64,000 bases of DNA from Polyangia bacterium (GCA_036263495.1 DATAGU010000095.1:1223-65222), one strand, 5' to 3'. Positions 22,261 to 32,109 are shown, numbered from the stretch's first letter. A program made the numbers and translations. Notes: generated by a model from the sequence alone, not told the origin.

Positions 22261-23253
22261 ATGGATATCGCCGTCTTCGATCGCACCGAGCTCCCGGTCG
22301 TCATCAGCGCCCTGCGCACCGTCGCCCTGGCCAACGGCTCGGTCTCCGAGACCGAGCGCCAGCTCTTCGAGATCATCGCCCAGCTCCACGGCGTGACGCT
22401 CGACCTCGACGCCCTCGCCGACGTGCCGGCCGACACCCTGCGCAGCACCATCGCCACGCCCCATCGCCGCAAGCGCCTCGTCCAGCTCGCCGTCGTCACC
22501 TCGATGGTCGATGGCGATCCCACGCCGGCCCAGGAGGAGGCCGTGCGGACCCTGGCCACGGCCCTCGAGATCGATGAGAGGTCCCTGCGCGTGCTCCACC
22601 ACCTCACCGCCGATCACCGCCTGCTCGTGCGCTTCGACGTGGCCCGGCGCCTGACGGGCGGGATCTTCAAGACCGCCTACGAGGAGGAGGGCCTGGCCGG
22701 CGTGGGCAGGGTCCTCGGCCCGCTGCTCCTCGGCGGCGGCGAGGATCCCGAGGTGGCGTGGCGCTACCGCGAGCTCGGCCTCCTGCCCGCCGGCACCCTC
22801 GGCCGCGTCTACTGGGAGCACTGCACCCGCCGCCACTTCGGCTTCCCCGGCGAGAAGGGCGGCATCCCCGAGCGCCTCGTGTTCCATGACTTCGGCCACG
22901 TGCTCTCGGGCTACGACACCGACGCCGAGGGCGAGATCCAGCAGGGGGCCTTCCAGGCCGGCTTCATCCGGCAGGATGGCTTCGCCGTCCTGTGCTTCGT
23001 GCTCGTGCACTTCCACCTCGGCATCCGCATCACCCCCATCGCCCAGGCCGAGCGCGGCCTGTTCGACCCCCAGCGCGTCCTCCGCGCCCTGGCCCGGGGA
23101 GCCGCTTGCCGCGTGGACCTCAGCGACCGCTGGAACTTCTGGGAGGTGGTGGGGCTGCCGCTCGAGGAGGTGCGGGCTCGTTACGGCATCCCGCCGCTCG
23201 CGCCGCTCGTGGACGGAGCGTCGGCCGGCCGCGCCGCCGCGCCGGTCGCCTGA
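22261..23253 (+). CDS. Hypothetical protein with N-terminal TerB-like helical domain
   Basis: An AGGAGG SD precedes ATG 22261. The N-terminal acidic helical domain (SETERQLFEIIAQLHG...DGDPTPAQEEAVRTLATALEID) resembles the TerB/DjlA-N fold. The C-terminal domain is unknown. Confidence 0.5.
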   Translation: MDIAVFDRTELPVVISALRTVALANGSVSETERQLFEIIAQLHGVTLDLDALADVPADTLRSTIATPHRRKRLVQLAVVTSMVDGDPTPAQEEAVRTLATALEIDERSLRVLHHLTADHRLLVRFDVARRLTGGIFKTAYEEEGLAGVGRVLGPLLLGGGEDPEVAWRYRELGLLPAGTLGRVYWEHCTRRHFGFPGEKGGIPERLVFHDFGHVLSGYDTDAEGEIQQGAFQAGFIRQDGFAVLCFVLVHFHLGIRITPIAQAERGLFDPQRVLRALARGAACRVDLSDRWNFWEVVGLPLEEVRARYGIPPLAPLVDGASAGRAAAPVA

Positions 23254-24089
23254 GCCGGCGTCCAGGCGGACGGCGGGAGGCCCGTCGCAGGGCCGTCCGG
23301 CGTCCGCGGCGCCTTGGGCAATGGGCCGAGATCCGCCAGCGTCGTCACGGCCTCGATGGGCTCGACGGCGTCGTATTCGAGGTCATCGGCGGCGGCCACG
23401 GCGACCCCGATCACGTCGCCGGCCTCGTCGACCACCGGCCCCCCGGAGAACCCCGGCCTGAGCACGTGCTCCATGAGCAGCACCGGGTGTTCCCCGCGGC
23501 CCGCGTCGATGACGCTGCGGCCGAGGAAGCGCCCGCAGGCCGCTTCCCAGGAGGGCGTGTTGCCCTCCTCGCGCACGCGCCACGCGCACAGGCGCTGGCC
23601 GTGGCGGAGGCGGCTCGAATCGCCGAGCCGCGCCTCGGAGAAGCGGCTCTGTCCCTGGAGCCCGACGAGCACCACATCGGCGCCGTGATCCGGTATCCGG
23701 GCGCCCTGCGCCTGCGCCGCGCGCGTGCCGTCGAAGATCCGCATCCCTGCCCGAGGCTTGAGGCAGTGCCGCGCCGTGGCCAGATGTTGTCCGCGCGGGG
23801 TGGCGACGACGAAGCCGGTGCAGGCGTAGACCTCCACGTGCTGCTGGCGTAGCCCGCGGGCGCGCTCGGAGACGACCCCCACGAGCCCGGCCGGCACCCG
23901 GGGTTTGAGGGGCGCCGGAGACGGCGACGCTTCGGCCCGCGAGGGGCTCGGCGTGAGCGAGATCGAAACGAGGAACGCGGCGAAGAGGGGCCTCCCCAGG
24001 GAGCCGAGGAGAGAGGACAGGCGCCCCGGCCGGCTCGGCCCCCCCGAGCGTCGGCTGGAGTGAAAGGCCCGCGTGGATCTCCTCTTCAC
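23181..24089 (-). CDS. Secreted trypsin-like (S1) serine protease
   Basis: The catalytic triad context is present: ATARHC (His), DVVLV (Asp), GFSGGPVVD (Ser). It uses a GTG start at 24089 with an AAGGAGG SD, and has a signal peptide. Its 3' end overlaps the convergent gene by ~70 nt. Confidence 0.7.
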   Translation of the reverse strand: MKRRSTRAFHSSRRSGGPSRPGRLSSLLGSLGRPLFAAFLVSISLTPSPSRAEASPSPAPLKPRVPAGLVGVVSERARGLRQQHVEVYACTGFVVATPRGQHLATARHCLKPRAGMRIFDGTRAAQAQGARIPDHGADVVLVGLQGQSRFSEARLGDSSRLRHGQRLCAWRVREEGNTPSWEAACGRFLGRSVIDAGRGEHPVLLMEHVLRPGFSGGPVVDEAGDVIGVAVAAADDLEYDAVEPIEAVTTLADLGPLPKAPRTPDGPATGLPPSAWTPAQATGAAARPADAPSTSGASGGMP

Positions 24090-24172
24090 GTCACACCTCC
24101 TTGGGACCGTGCCTGTCTCCTGGCGGGGTCTCTGGTAGGTCTTCGGTGAGATTGTACCATCTGAAGGAGAGA

Positions 24173-24583
24173 CTACCCGGGCCGCTCCTGGATCTCGCGC
24201 ACCGCGGCGCGGGCCCGCCGGGCGCGGGCCTCCTGGTCCTTGGCCGCGGCCCACTGTTCGAGCGTCAGGAGGGCCTCACGGCGCACGCCCTCGGCCGCAT
24301 CGTGGAGCGCGATGTGACGCAGGAGGGGGATGGCCTCGGCTTCACCGATCTCACGCAGCGCATAGACGAGGTGCTCGCGCCCGGATTCGTCGGCCGTATG
24401 GAGGGCGGCCTCGATCGGCGGCAGGGCGGCGACGCCGTGGCGTACCAGGCGGCGGGTCGCGGCCTGCATCATCTCCCCTTCGTGCGCCACGACGATCTGG
24501 ACGTCGCCGCGCAGCGCGTCCGGATCGTCACGGCAGGCGGTGAGGAGCAACGCCAGCGCCAGGCTCGCAAGACGCGTCGTCAT
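24173..24583 (-). CDS. Small lipoprotein with HEAT/PBS-lyase-like repeats
   Basis: A lipobox is present (LALALLLTAC). It contains Ala/Leu-rich helical repeats. Confidence 0.45.
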   Translation of the reverse strand: MTTRLASLALALLLTACRDDPDALRGDVQIVVAHEGEMMQAATRRLVRHGVAALPPIEAALHTADESGREHLVYALREIGEAEAIPLLRHIALHDAAEGVRREALLTLEQWAAAKDQEARARRARAAVREIQERPG

Positions 24584-24639
24584 CGCGGGGTCCTACATAC
24601 CACGACGTGAGGGGCCGGTCTGAGGTGCCCCGCGGCCGG

Positions 24640-24995
24640 AAGAGGGGACTCCCTGTGCGAACGGGGGTCCTCCCTGTCCGAAAGAGGGTCCTCCCTGTCC
24701 GAGAGAGGGTCCTCCCTGTCCGAAAAGGGGTCCTCCCTGCGCGAAAGGGGGTCCTCCCTGCGCGAAAGGGGGTCCTCCCTGCGCGAAAGGGGCGACTCCC
24801 TGTGCGAACGGGTCGACTCCCTGTGCGAACTGTGCGAACGGGGCGACTCCCTATGCGAACGGGGCGACTCCCTATGCGAACGGGGGACTCCCTGTGCCGA
24901 AAAGGCGGCTCCCTATGCGAACGGGGCGGCTCCCTGTGCCGAAAAGGCGGCTCCCTACGCGAACGGGGCGGCTCCCTGTGCCGAAAAGGCGACTC
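24640..24995. repeat. Degenerate tandem direct repeat array, ~21-bp unit x ~17 (consensus ~TCCTCCCTGTCCGAAAGAGGG / GACTCCCTATGCGAACGGGGC)
   Basis: The array is directly visible. It occupies the divergent intergenic region between the 24173..24583(-) lipoprotein and the 25157(+) monooxygenase. Unit length varies between 20 and 22 bp, so no reading frame is preserved. Confidence 0.85.
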
Positions 24996-25156
24996 CCTAT
25001 GCGAAAAGAGGGCACCCCATCAGCTTGTATGCGATGCCGCACGGCGCCCGGCGTCTCGCAACTCGCGACACGCTGCGCGGCTCGTGGGCTCGGGGGCCGG
25101 CCGGCCGGCCCTTTGGGCCTTTGTCCTGCACCCTGACTGCGGGTAAGCTCCCGGCC

Positions 25157-26632
25157 ATGTCGACCTCATGGGATGTCATCATCGCTGGCGGTGGCTTTGC
25201 CGGCTCGACGTTGGCCGCGGCGCTCGCCAATGGGAACCGGCGCGTGCTCTTGCTCGAGGCGCGCTCGGGACCGGACCCGCGCTTCCGAGGCGAGCTCATC
25301 CACCCGCCCGGCGTCTCGGTGCTCGAACGTCTCGGCCTGCTCGGCCCGCTCGACCGGGCGGGGGGCTTCCATGTCACCGGCTTTGCCGTGATCCCGGCCG
25401 GCGATCCGGACGCGGTGGTGTTGCCGTATGGCGAGGTCGAGGGCGGACGCCCTAGGGGCTTTGCCATCGATCACCGCGAAATGATCGCGGTCCTGCGCCA
25501 GGAGGCGGCCCAGCGCCCGGGCGTGGAGGTGCGCACCGGGCAGCGGGTGGCCGAGATCCTGCGCGAGGGCGACCGCGTGGTGGGCGTGCGCACCGCCGAC
25601 GGCACCGAGCATCGCGCGGCGCTCACGGTCGTGGCCGAGGGCCGCCACTCCAAGCTGCGCAGCGCGGCCGGCTTCCGCGAGGAGAGCCGGCTCCTGTCGT
25701 GGACCGCGGCGCTCCTGGTCAAGGACACCACGCTGCCCCAGCCGGGCTGCGGCCACGTCATCCTCGGCGCCCCCGGCCCCATCCTGGCCTACCCCATCGG
25801 CCGGAACGAGGTGCGCATGTGCATCGACGTCCCCTCGGACCTCACCAAGGGACGCGACGCCGTGGTGGAGCTCTTGCGCACTCGCTATGCCCCGCTCGTC
25901 CCCGAGCCGCTGCGCAGCGGCATGCTGGCCTCGCTCGACGCCGAGGCGCCGGAGATGTGCGCCAACCATGCCATCTACACGAGCGAGTGCGTGCAGCCGG
26001 GGCTCGCGCTCCTCGGTGACTCGGCCGGCTGCTCGCACCCCCTCGCCGCGAGCGGCATGACCGTCGTGCTGAGCGACGTGCGCATCCTCGCCGAGGAGCT
26101 CGCCCAGAAGGCCACGATCGACGAGGCGCTCGCCGCCTACCAGCGGCGGCGCTACCGCTTCGCGCGCGGCCGTGAGGTGCTCTCGGACGCGCTCTTCGAG
26201 GTGTTCCGGGCCGCCGACGCGGGCAACAACGCCCTGCGCGAGGGCATGTATCGGTACTGGCGCGGCAGCCGGCGGGCCCGCGCGGCCTCGGTGGGCGTGC
26301 TCTCGGGCCACGATGAGCGGGTCGTCGGCTTCGTCGCCGAGTACCTGCGGGTGTTCTTCGGCACGACCGGTCACATCTTGCTCGCCCGCGGCGGCGGCAG
26401 CCTGCGCGAGCGGCTCGGTTGCCTCGATCTGGCGGTGCGGTCGAGCTGGGCGCGGATGGACCGGGCCTTCAAGATCCTCTACCAGAACATGCGTCCCCGG
26501 ACCGGCACCGCCGATGGCCAGCGGGCGGCGCCGCCATCGCGATCGGCTGCCCCGAAGGCCTCCCCCGGATCCGAGCGCAAAGCGCAGCGCCCCGAGCCCG
26601 AGTCCCGCGCCGCCACGCCCCCCGCCGCCTGA
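25157..26632 (+). CDS. FAD-dependent monooxygenase, squalene-epoxidase-like
   Basis: A dinucleotide-binding GGGFAGS motif is present. An SE-family motif (LLGDSAGCSHPLAASGMTV) matches the GDAxNMRHPLTGGGMT signature. The start is trimmed to ATG 25157. Confidence 0.7.
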   Translation: MSTSWDVIIAGGGFAGSTLAAALANGNRRVLLLEARSGPDPRFRGELIHPPGVSVLERLGLLGPLDRAGGFHVTGFAVIPAGDPDAVVLPYGEVEGGRPRGFAIDHREMIAVLRQEAAQRPGVEVRTGQRVAEILREGDRVVGVRTADGTEHRAALTVVAEGRHSKLRSAAGFREESRLLSWTAALLVKDTTLPQPGCGHVILGAPGPILAYPIGRNEVRMCIDVPSDLTKGRDAVVELLRTRYAPLVPEPLRSGMLASLDAEAPEMCANHAIYTSECVQPGLALLGDSAGCSHPLAASGMTVVLSDVRILAEELAQKATIDEALAAYQRRRYRFARGREVLSDALFEVFRAADAGNNALREGMYRYWRGSRRARAASVGVLSGHDERVVGFVAEYLRVFFGTTGHILLARGGGSLRERLGCLDLAVRSSWARMDRAFKILYQNMRPRTGTADGQRAAPPSRSAAPKASPGSERKAQRPEPESRAATPPAA

Positions 26633-26671
26633 AGCATCCTCTCCGCAACCTGCCCCCACCCCCGCCGCCCG

Positions 26672-28012
26672 CTACCCGTTCACTCCAGACTTCAGCGCCG
26701 TCGGCGGAGCCGCCTCGGCGATCGCCTCCTCCAGCTGGCGGTAACGCGCTCGGCCGTGCCACAGGTGACGGCCGAGCGCGGCCATCAGGTAGCGCTTGTG
26801 GTCGGCGAGCACCAGCGTGCCCGATACCCGGGCGGCGTAGAACTCGAGCATCTTGGCGTCGAGCAGCACGAGCGCGAGCCAGCGGCGGTAATCGTCCCCA
26901 TCGTAGAGCATGCGCGCGAGCCAGCGGTCGAGCGCCAGCTCGCGCCCCACGGTGGCGCGCCGCAGCGCCCGGCGGTAGCCGGCAAAACCGAAGTCTCCGC
27001 TCGTCAAGGCCGCCAGGATGGCGCGCGCGGCCACCATCCCCTGCTCCATCCCCACGGCGATGCCCTCGCCGGTGAGCGCGTCGATGCCGGCGGCGTCCCC
27101 CACGACGAGGAGGTGCGGCGCCGCCACCGTCGTCGAGGGCTGGTAGCCCCAGGCGGGCCAGCCGCGCAGCGCCCCGGCGTCCTGGTCCTTGTCCCCGAGG
27201 GCGATGCCGTGCTCCGCCAGGCCCGCCCGCAGGAGCGCCACCAGCTCGGCCCCCGAGAACGCGGCCCGGCCCCCCGCGGGATAGTGCATGAGCCCTACGT
27301 TGAGGCGATCCCCCGGCACGGGGAAGATCCATAAATAGCCGCGCAGCCCCTCGCGCATCAGGGTGAAGTCGTAGAGCATGGCGTCCGCGGTCCGCCCGCG
27401 CGCCGGCACCTCGGCACGAAACAGGCGGATGGCGGGCCGCAGGGGCCCCTGCCGGTGGCCGACCAGGTGCTTACGTACCTGACTCCCCGCCCCGTCGGCG
27501 CCCACGAGCACGCGCGCCCGCGCCGCGCCCGCCGGCAGGCCGAGCGTCACGCCGCCCTGCTCCACGGTGAAACCGTTCAGCGGCGTGTGCTCGCGCACGA
27601 CGACCCCGAGGTCACGCGCCTGCTGCACCAGGCTCGCATCGAACGCCTCGCGCCGGATCACGCGCACCGGCCGCCCGAGGCGCACCTCGCGGCGCAGCCC
27701 GCCGTAGCGCACCTCGGCGCGCGGCGACGGGAACGAGGGCACGACCAGCTCGAGCCCGAGGGCGGCCAGGGCCTCGTGCGCGTGGCCGGTGAGCCCCCCG
27801 CCACACGGCTTGTCGCGGGGAAAGCCGGCACGGTCGAGCAGCAGCACCCGCCCGCGCAGCGACGGATCGCGCCGCACGAGCGCCACCGCGGTGGCCACGC
27901 CGGCCGGGCCGGCCCCGGCGATGGCCACGTCGTAGTCGAATGCGGCGGGGCCCCTCCGGATGGGATCGGACGGCGCCGGGGGGGCTGGGGTGGCGAGGGG
28001 ATCGTGGCTCAC
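26672..28012 (-). CDS. Geranylgeranyl-reductase-family FAD-dependent oxidoreductase
   Basis: Motifs DVAIAGAGPAGVATA, FPRDKPCGGGLT and VGDAAG are present. Confidence 0.7.
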   Translation of the reverse strand: MSHDPLATPAPPAPSDPIRRGPAAFDYDVAIAGAGPAGVATAVALVRRDPSLRGRVLLLDRAGFPRDKPCGGGLTGHAHEALAALGLELVVPSFPSPRAEVRYGGLRREVRLGRPVRVIRREAFDASLVQQARDLGVVVREHTPLNGFTVEQGGVTLGLPAGAARARVLVGADGAGSQVRKHLVGHRQGPLRPAIRLFRAEVPARGRTADAMLYDFTLMREGLRGYLWIFPVPGDRLNVGLMHYPAGGRAAFSGAELVALLRAGLAEHGIALGDKDQDAGALRGWPAWGYQPSTTVAAPHLLVVGDAAGIDALTGEGIAVGMEQGMVAARAILAALTSGDFGFAGYRRALRRATVGRELALDRWLARMLYDGDDYRRWLALVLLDAKMLEFYAARVSGTLVLADHKRYLMAALGRHLWHGRARYRQLEEAIAEAAPPTALKSGVNG

Positions 28013-28315
28013 GGGTCCCGGGTTACCGCAGCCGAGTCACTGCTGGCAAGCCGCGAGCGCCATACCGCGCCCCCGATGCCCCGGATCACCGAGATCGATG
28101 GGTTCCAACCCCCCAAACATGGATCGCCGGTACAGACGCAGATGAGCAGTTCGCGGCACTGCTTTTGCTCTTCTCCAAGGATACCGTGGCCGCGGTCTCC
28201 AGCGATGGGTCACCCCATCGCCCGAGGGGAGTGACGTGTGCTCGTTCCTCCTCCTGCAGCCAGGGCTTCCCGAGGAGGAAGAACAGCTCCTCGCCCGAGA
28301 GCAAAGGAGAGGGTG

Positions 28316-30382
28316 ATGGATCCGCGTGGCAAGACGTATCCTCAAGGGCAGGATCTGCCGCCAGAGCAGGAGCCAGGGAGCTTCCGCCTCTCCGAGCTCT
28401 TGCAGGCGCGGCGGGACGCCATCCTCGGCGAGTGGGAGCACGCCGTCCGCGAGCTCCGGCCCGCCAAGAGCCTCCCGCACCCCGCGCTCATGGACCACAT
28501 ACCGGATCTGCTCACGCAGATCGCGGTCATGGCCGACCAGCTGGCCAGTGGCCGGACACCCACCATCCCCCATCAGACCGCCGAGAGCCACGCCTACGAG
28601 CGGCTCGAGGTCGGCTATGACCTCACCGAGGTGGTGGCGGAGTATGCGGTGCTCCGCGACACGATCTTGCATCACCTCGCCAAGGAGCAGCCCTCGGCGC
28701 TGCAGGAGGAGCTCCGCTTCGTGCATAGGGCCATCGACCGTGCGGTGTCGGCCTCGGTCGAGCGCTACACCAAGGCGCGCGAGCGCACGCTCGCGGGCCT
28801 GAACCGCATCGCCACCGTCTCGTTCGAGAGCCGCAGCCTCGAGGAGCTGCTCGATCGACTCCTGCGCGTCTTCATCGAGACCACGCCCGCGGCCGACACC
28901 GCGGTCATCCTTCTGCGCGAGGGCGCGCGGCTGCGGGTGCGCGCCACCGCGGGCCTCGAGGAGGAGCTCCAGCAGGGCTTCTCGCTCGCCATCGGCGAGG
29001 GCTTCGCCGGCCGCATCGCGGCCGAGCACCGCCCCTTACAGCTCCGTTCAGCCGCCACGGATCCGCAAGTGAAGAGCCCGGTCATCCACCAGCGCGGGGT
29101 GAAGGCGCTCTACGGCGTCCCCCTCATGGAGCAGGGCGAGCTGGTCGGGGTGGCGCACATGGGCTCGCTCACGGCCCATGAGTTCTCACACGAGGACCAG
29201 CGGCTGTTCGAGGTGCTGGCCCGGCGCGCGACGAGCGCCATCACGTATCACATGCTGCGCCAGCAGCTCGAGCAGAAGAACGCGCTCCTCACCGCGATGG
29301 TGGACCAGCTGCCCGCGGGCGTGATCCTCGCCGAGGCGCCCTCGGGCCGGCTGCTCCTCGGCAACGAGCAGGCTGCCAAGATCTGGCGCCACCCCCTCAT
29401 CCGCTCGGGCTGCATCGAGCAGTATCGCGCCTGGAAGGGCTTTCACCCCGAGGACGGGCGCCCCCTCGAGCCCGGGGACTGGGCGCTCGCGCGTGCCCTC
29501 GTCCACGGCGAGATCGTGCTCGATCAGGAGGTCCGGATCCTGCGCGGGGACGGCACCTGGGGGGTCATCCTGAACAACGCGGCGCCGGTGCGCGACGCGG
29601 AGGGCCACATCATCGCCGGGATCGTCGCCTTCGTGGACATCACCGAGCTGCGCCAGGCGGTCCAGTCCCGCGACGACGTCCTGGCCGTGGTGTCGCATGA
29701 TCTCCGCAGCCCGCTCGGCGCGATCCTGCTCAACGCCACGACGCTCCTGCGCGGCGCCGAGCCCGGCGAGGCCGGCGCCCGGCTGCGCCGCAAGTGTGGC
29801 CTCATCGTGCGCTCGGCCGAGCGCATGTCCCGCCTCATCGACGATCTCGTCGACCTGGCGAGCATCCGCGGCGGGCAGCTCTCCATCACCCTGCGCCCCG
29901 AACCGGTGCCGGAGCTCGTACACGAAGCCGTGTATAGCTTCGAGGCGACCGCCGAGGAGCGCAAGGTCCACCTCGAGACCCGGCTCGGTGCGGACGCGGA
30001 GGGCGGGCCCGAGACGGCTCGGCTCACGATACGCTGCGATCGAGATCGCATCCTGCAAGTGTTCTCGAACCTCATCGGCAACGCCCTCCAGGTCACGCCC
30101 CCAGGGGGACGGATCACCGTGCAGGTAGAGGCGCGGCCGGACGAGGTGGTCTTCTCGATCACCGACACGGGGCCGGGCATCGCGCCCGAGGAACTGCCGC
30201 ACCTGTTCAAACGCTACTGGCGCAGTAGCAAGGCCGAGTACAAGGGACATGGGCTTGGTCTGGCCATTGCCCAGGGTCTGGTGGAGGCACATGGTGGGCG
30301 CATCGGGGTGGAGAGTCAGCCAGGGAGAGGAAGCACGTTCTTCTTCACGTTGCCGAGAACGCCAGCCGAGACGGCGGCCTGA
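28316..30382 (+). CDS. Sensor histidine kinase (RsbRD_N-like N-term + GAF + PAS + HisKA + HATPase_c)
   Basis: The H-box is VSHDLRSPL and the G-box is GHGLGLAIAQGLVEAHGGRIGVESQPGRGSTFFFTLP. GAF-like and PAS-like segments are present. An AAAGGAGAGGG SD precedes ATG 28316. Confidence 0.85.
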   Translation: MDPRGKTYPQGQDLPPEQEPGSFRLSELLQARRDAILGEWEHAVRELRPAKSLPHPALMDHIPDLLTQIAVMADQLASGRTPTIPHQTAESHAYERLEVGYDLTEVVAEYAVLRDTILHHLAKEQPSALQEELRFVHRAIDRAVSASVERYTKARERTLAGLNRIATVSFESRSLEELLDRLLRVFIETTPAADTAVILLREGARLRVRATAGLEEELQQGFSLAIGEGFAGRIAAEHRPLQLRSAATDPQVKSPVIHQRGVKALYGVPLMEQGELVGVAHMGSLTAHEFSHEDQRLFEVLARRATSAITYHMLRQQLEQKNALLTAMVDQLPAGVILAEAPSGRLLLGNEQAAKIWRHPLIRSGCIEQYRAWKGFHPEDGRPLEPGDWALARALVHGEIVLDQEVRILRGDGTWGVILNNAAPVRDAEGHIIAGIVAFVDITELRQAVQSRDDVLAVVSHDLRSPLGAILLNATTLLRGAEPGEAGARLRRKCGLIVRSAERMSRLIDDLVDLASIRGGQLSITLRPEPVPELVHEAVYSFEATAEERKVHLETRLGADAEGGPETARLTIRCDRDRILQVFSNLIGNALQVTPPGGRITVQVEARPDEVVFSITDTGPGIAPEELPHLFKRYWRSSKAEYKGHGLGLAIAQGLVEAHGGRIGVESQPGRGSTFFFTLPRTPAETAA

Positions 30383-30439
30383 AGTGGACGGGCAAGCGGA
30401 GAGGCATCGTCCCCTTGTTCCGCTGCCCGGGGTGTTTAT

Positions 30440-30856
30440 GTGGCCAAGATGAGTCCTACGCCTAAACCTTTGCGACAGTCGAGCCTGAACGGCCATGGCC
30501 AGGGCGGCATCCTGGTGGTCGAGGATGACCCCGATATCCGAGACACGTTCCGGGAGGTGCTGGAGGCCGAAGGGTACAGGGTCTCGACCGCTGCCAATGG
30601 ACAGGAGGGCCTCGAGCGGCTGGAAGAGATCCACAAGCCGTGCCTCGTCCTGCTCGATCTGATGATGCCGGTGATGAGCGGGCCGGAGTTTTTGGAGGCG
30701 ATGCGCCAGCGCGACGGCCTCGGACCGGTGCCCGTGGTGATCGTGTCGGCGTGGCCCGACGAGGCTGAGAAGACCCAGGGGGCGCAGGGCTTCATGGCCA
30801 AGCCGGTCAACCTCGACCGGCTCCTGGCGCTCGTCCATCATTACTGCACGAGCTAG
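30440..30856 (+). CDS. Single-domain response regulator (CheY-like), paralog of 16006..16395
   Basis: Receiver motifs are visible (ILVVEDDPDIRD...LLDLMMPVMSG...KPVN). It starts with GTG 30440 or ATG 30449. Confidence 0.8.
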   Translation: MAKMSPTPKPLRQSSLNGHGQGGILVVEDDPDIRDTFREVLEAEGYRVSTAANGQEGLERLEEIHKPCLVLLDLMMPVMSGPEFLEAMRQRDGLGPVPVVIVSAWPDEAEKTQGAQGFMAKPVNLDRLLALVHHYCTS

Positions 30857-30975
30857 AGCCCTACTTCTTTCGATCATCGGCGGGCCGCCAGGGTTCCTCC
30901 CGAGACTCGCTCGTCGCCCGGGTGAAGCTCGGGAGGCCCGTCCGAGTCGGTACGGAGATTGCGGTCCGCAAGGGC

Positions 30976-32025
30976 ATGAAGAAGACCACAATCTCTCTGT
31001 TCTGCTGGTTGCTGGCAGCGACCGGCTGCACCCCTATTGGTGGACCCGACGGAGGATCGCCTGATGGCGGACCTCCGGACGCCGGTCCCCCCGATGGCGG
31101 CCCGACCGCGAGCTGCCGGCCCACGATGATCGCGCAGGGCCGCGTCGGCGCGCAGGGCATCGCCGTCGACGCGGAGTCCGTCTACTGGATCGATACGCTC
31201 AGCGCGAACGCCGCGGTCCGCAAGGCGCCCAAGGCGGGCGGCCCGGTGACCGATCTCGTCTCGCCCGGGCCCTTCATCTCGCCACCGGCGGTCGTGTACT
31301 CGGATCTCGTCCTGGCCGGCGACCGGCTGTACTGGGCGTTCAATCAGACCGAGATCGGCGGCACCGACGTGATGCTGTTCTCCGTGCCGACCACGGGCGG
31401 GCTGTCCGTGGCCGTCCTGTCCGAGAGCATCGCGCGCATCCCGCCGCCGCCCGTGGACCCCTACATCAGGGATCTCATCGCCGACGCGACCCACATCTAT
31501 TACACGACCGGCGAGGGCTTGTTCCGGGTGTCGCGAGCGGGCGGCATGCCCGAGCCCCTCGTCCGCGAGATCACGGCCGGCGGCCAGCTGGCGCAGGACG
31601 CGCAATACGTCTACGTCGCCAGCAGCGAGCGCGGCGCCCTCCTCCGCATCAGCAAGTTGAACAGCGAGCTCACCGGGCTGACCCCTGCCGAGGGATTGTC
31701 CCCTGCGCCCACGGCGCTCGACGTGGATGAGATGCGCGTCTACTTCCGCGACGCGGCGAGCCGGATCCGCTCCGTGCCCAAGGGCGGCGGCAAGTTCACG
31801 ACCCTCTACACGGAGCCGGGCGAGGTGCCGCTCGCCACCGCCATCACCCGCACCCTGCTCGTGCGCGGTGGTCACGTCTACTTCCCCTCGAGCCGCGGCC
31901 TCACCCGCATCGACACGAACGGCGGCGGGCTCACCGTGCTGCACGAGAGCCAGCCCTCGGGGTTGGCGGCCGACGACCGATACATCTACTGGACCGCGGG
32001 CGACGTCTGGCGCGCCTGCCTGTGA
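30976..32025 (+). CDS. Lipoprotein with beta-propeller-like repeats
   Basis: A lipobox is present (MKKTTISLFCWLLAATGC). A Gly/Pro/Asp linker (GGPDGGSPDGGPPDAGPPDGG) follows, then repeated YW/LYW/IYY/VYF blades. Confidence 0.6.
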   Translation: MKKTTISLFCWLLAATGCTPIGGPDGGSPDGGPPDAGPPDGGPTASCRPTMIAQGRVGAQGIAVDAESVYWIDTLSANAAVRKAPKAGGPVTDLVSPGPFISPPAVVYSDLVLAGDRLYWAFNQTEIGGTDVMLFSVPTTGGLSVAVLSESIARIPPPPVDPYIRDLIADATHIYYTTGEGLFRVSRAGGMPEPLVREITAGGQLAQDAQYVYVASSERGALLRISKLNSELTGLTPAEGLSPAPTALDVDEMRVYFRDAASRIRSVPKGGGKFTTLYTEPGEVPLATAITRTLLVRGGHVYFPSSRGLTRIDTNGGGLTVLHESQPSGLAADDRYIYWTAGDVWRACL

Positions 32026-32109
32026 GCCCTGCGTTGCTCATGAAGAAGGGACGCGAGGCCCCGCCCGCGTTCCTGGGCGGCGCCTCACGGCGCTGACGTC
32101 ACGCCTGGG

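Noticed and set aside
24640-24995. Possible CRISPR array
   Set aside because: The repeats are directly adjacent with no unique spacers, the unit is only ~21 bp and degenerate, and there are no cas genes.
24607-25146. ORF encoding VLPVRKG heptad repeats
   Set aside because: Repeat-unit length drifts between 20 and 22 bp, so the frame is not maintained and there is no SD. It is the translation artefact of the DNA repeat.
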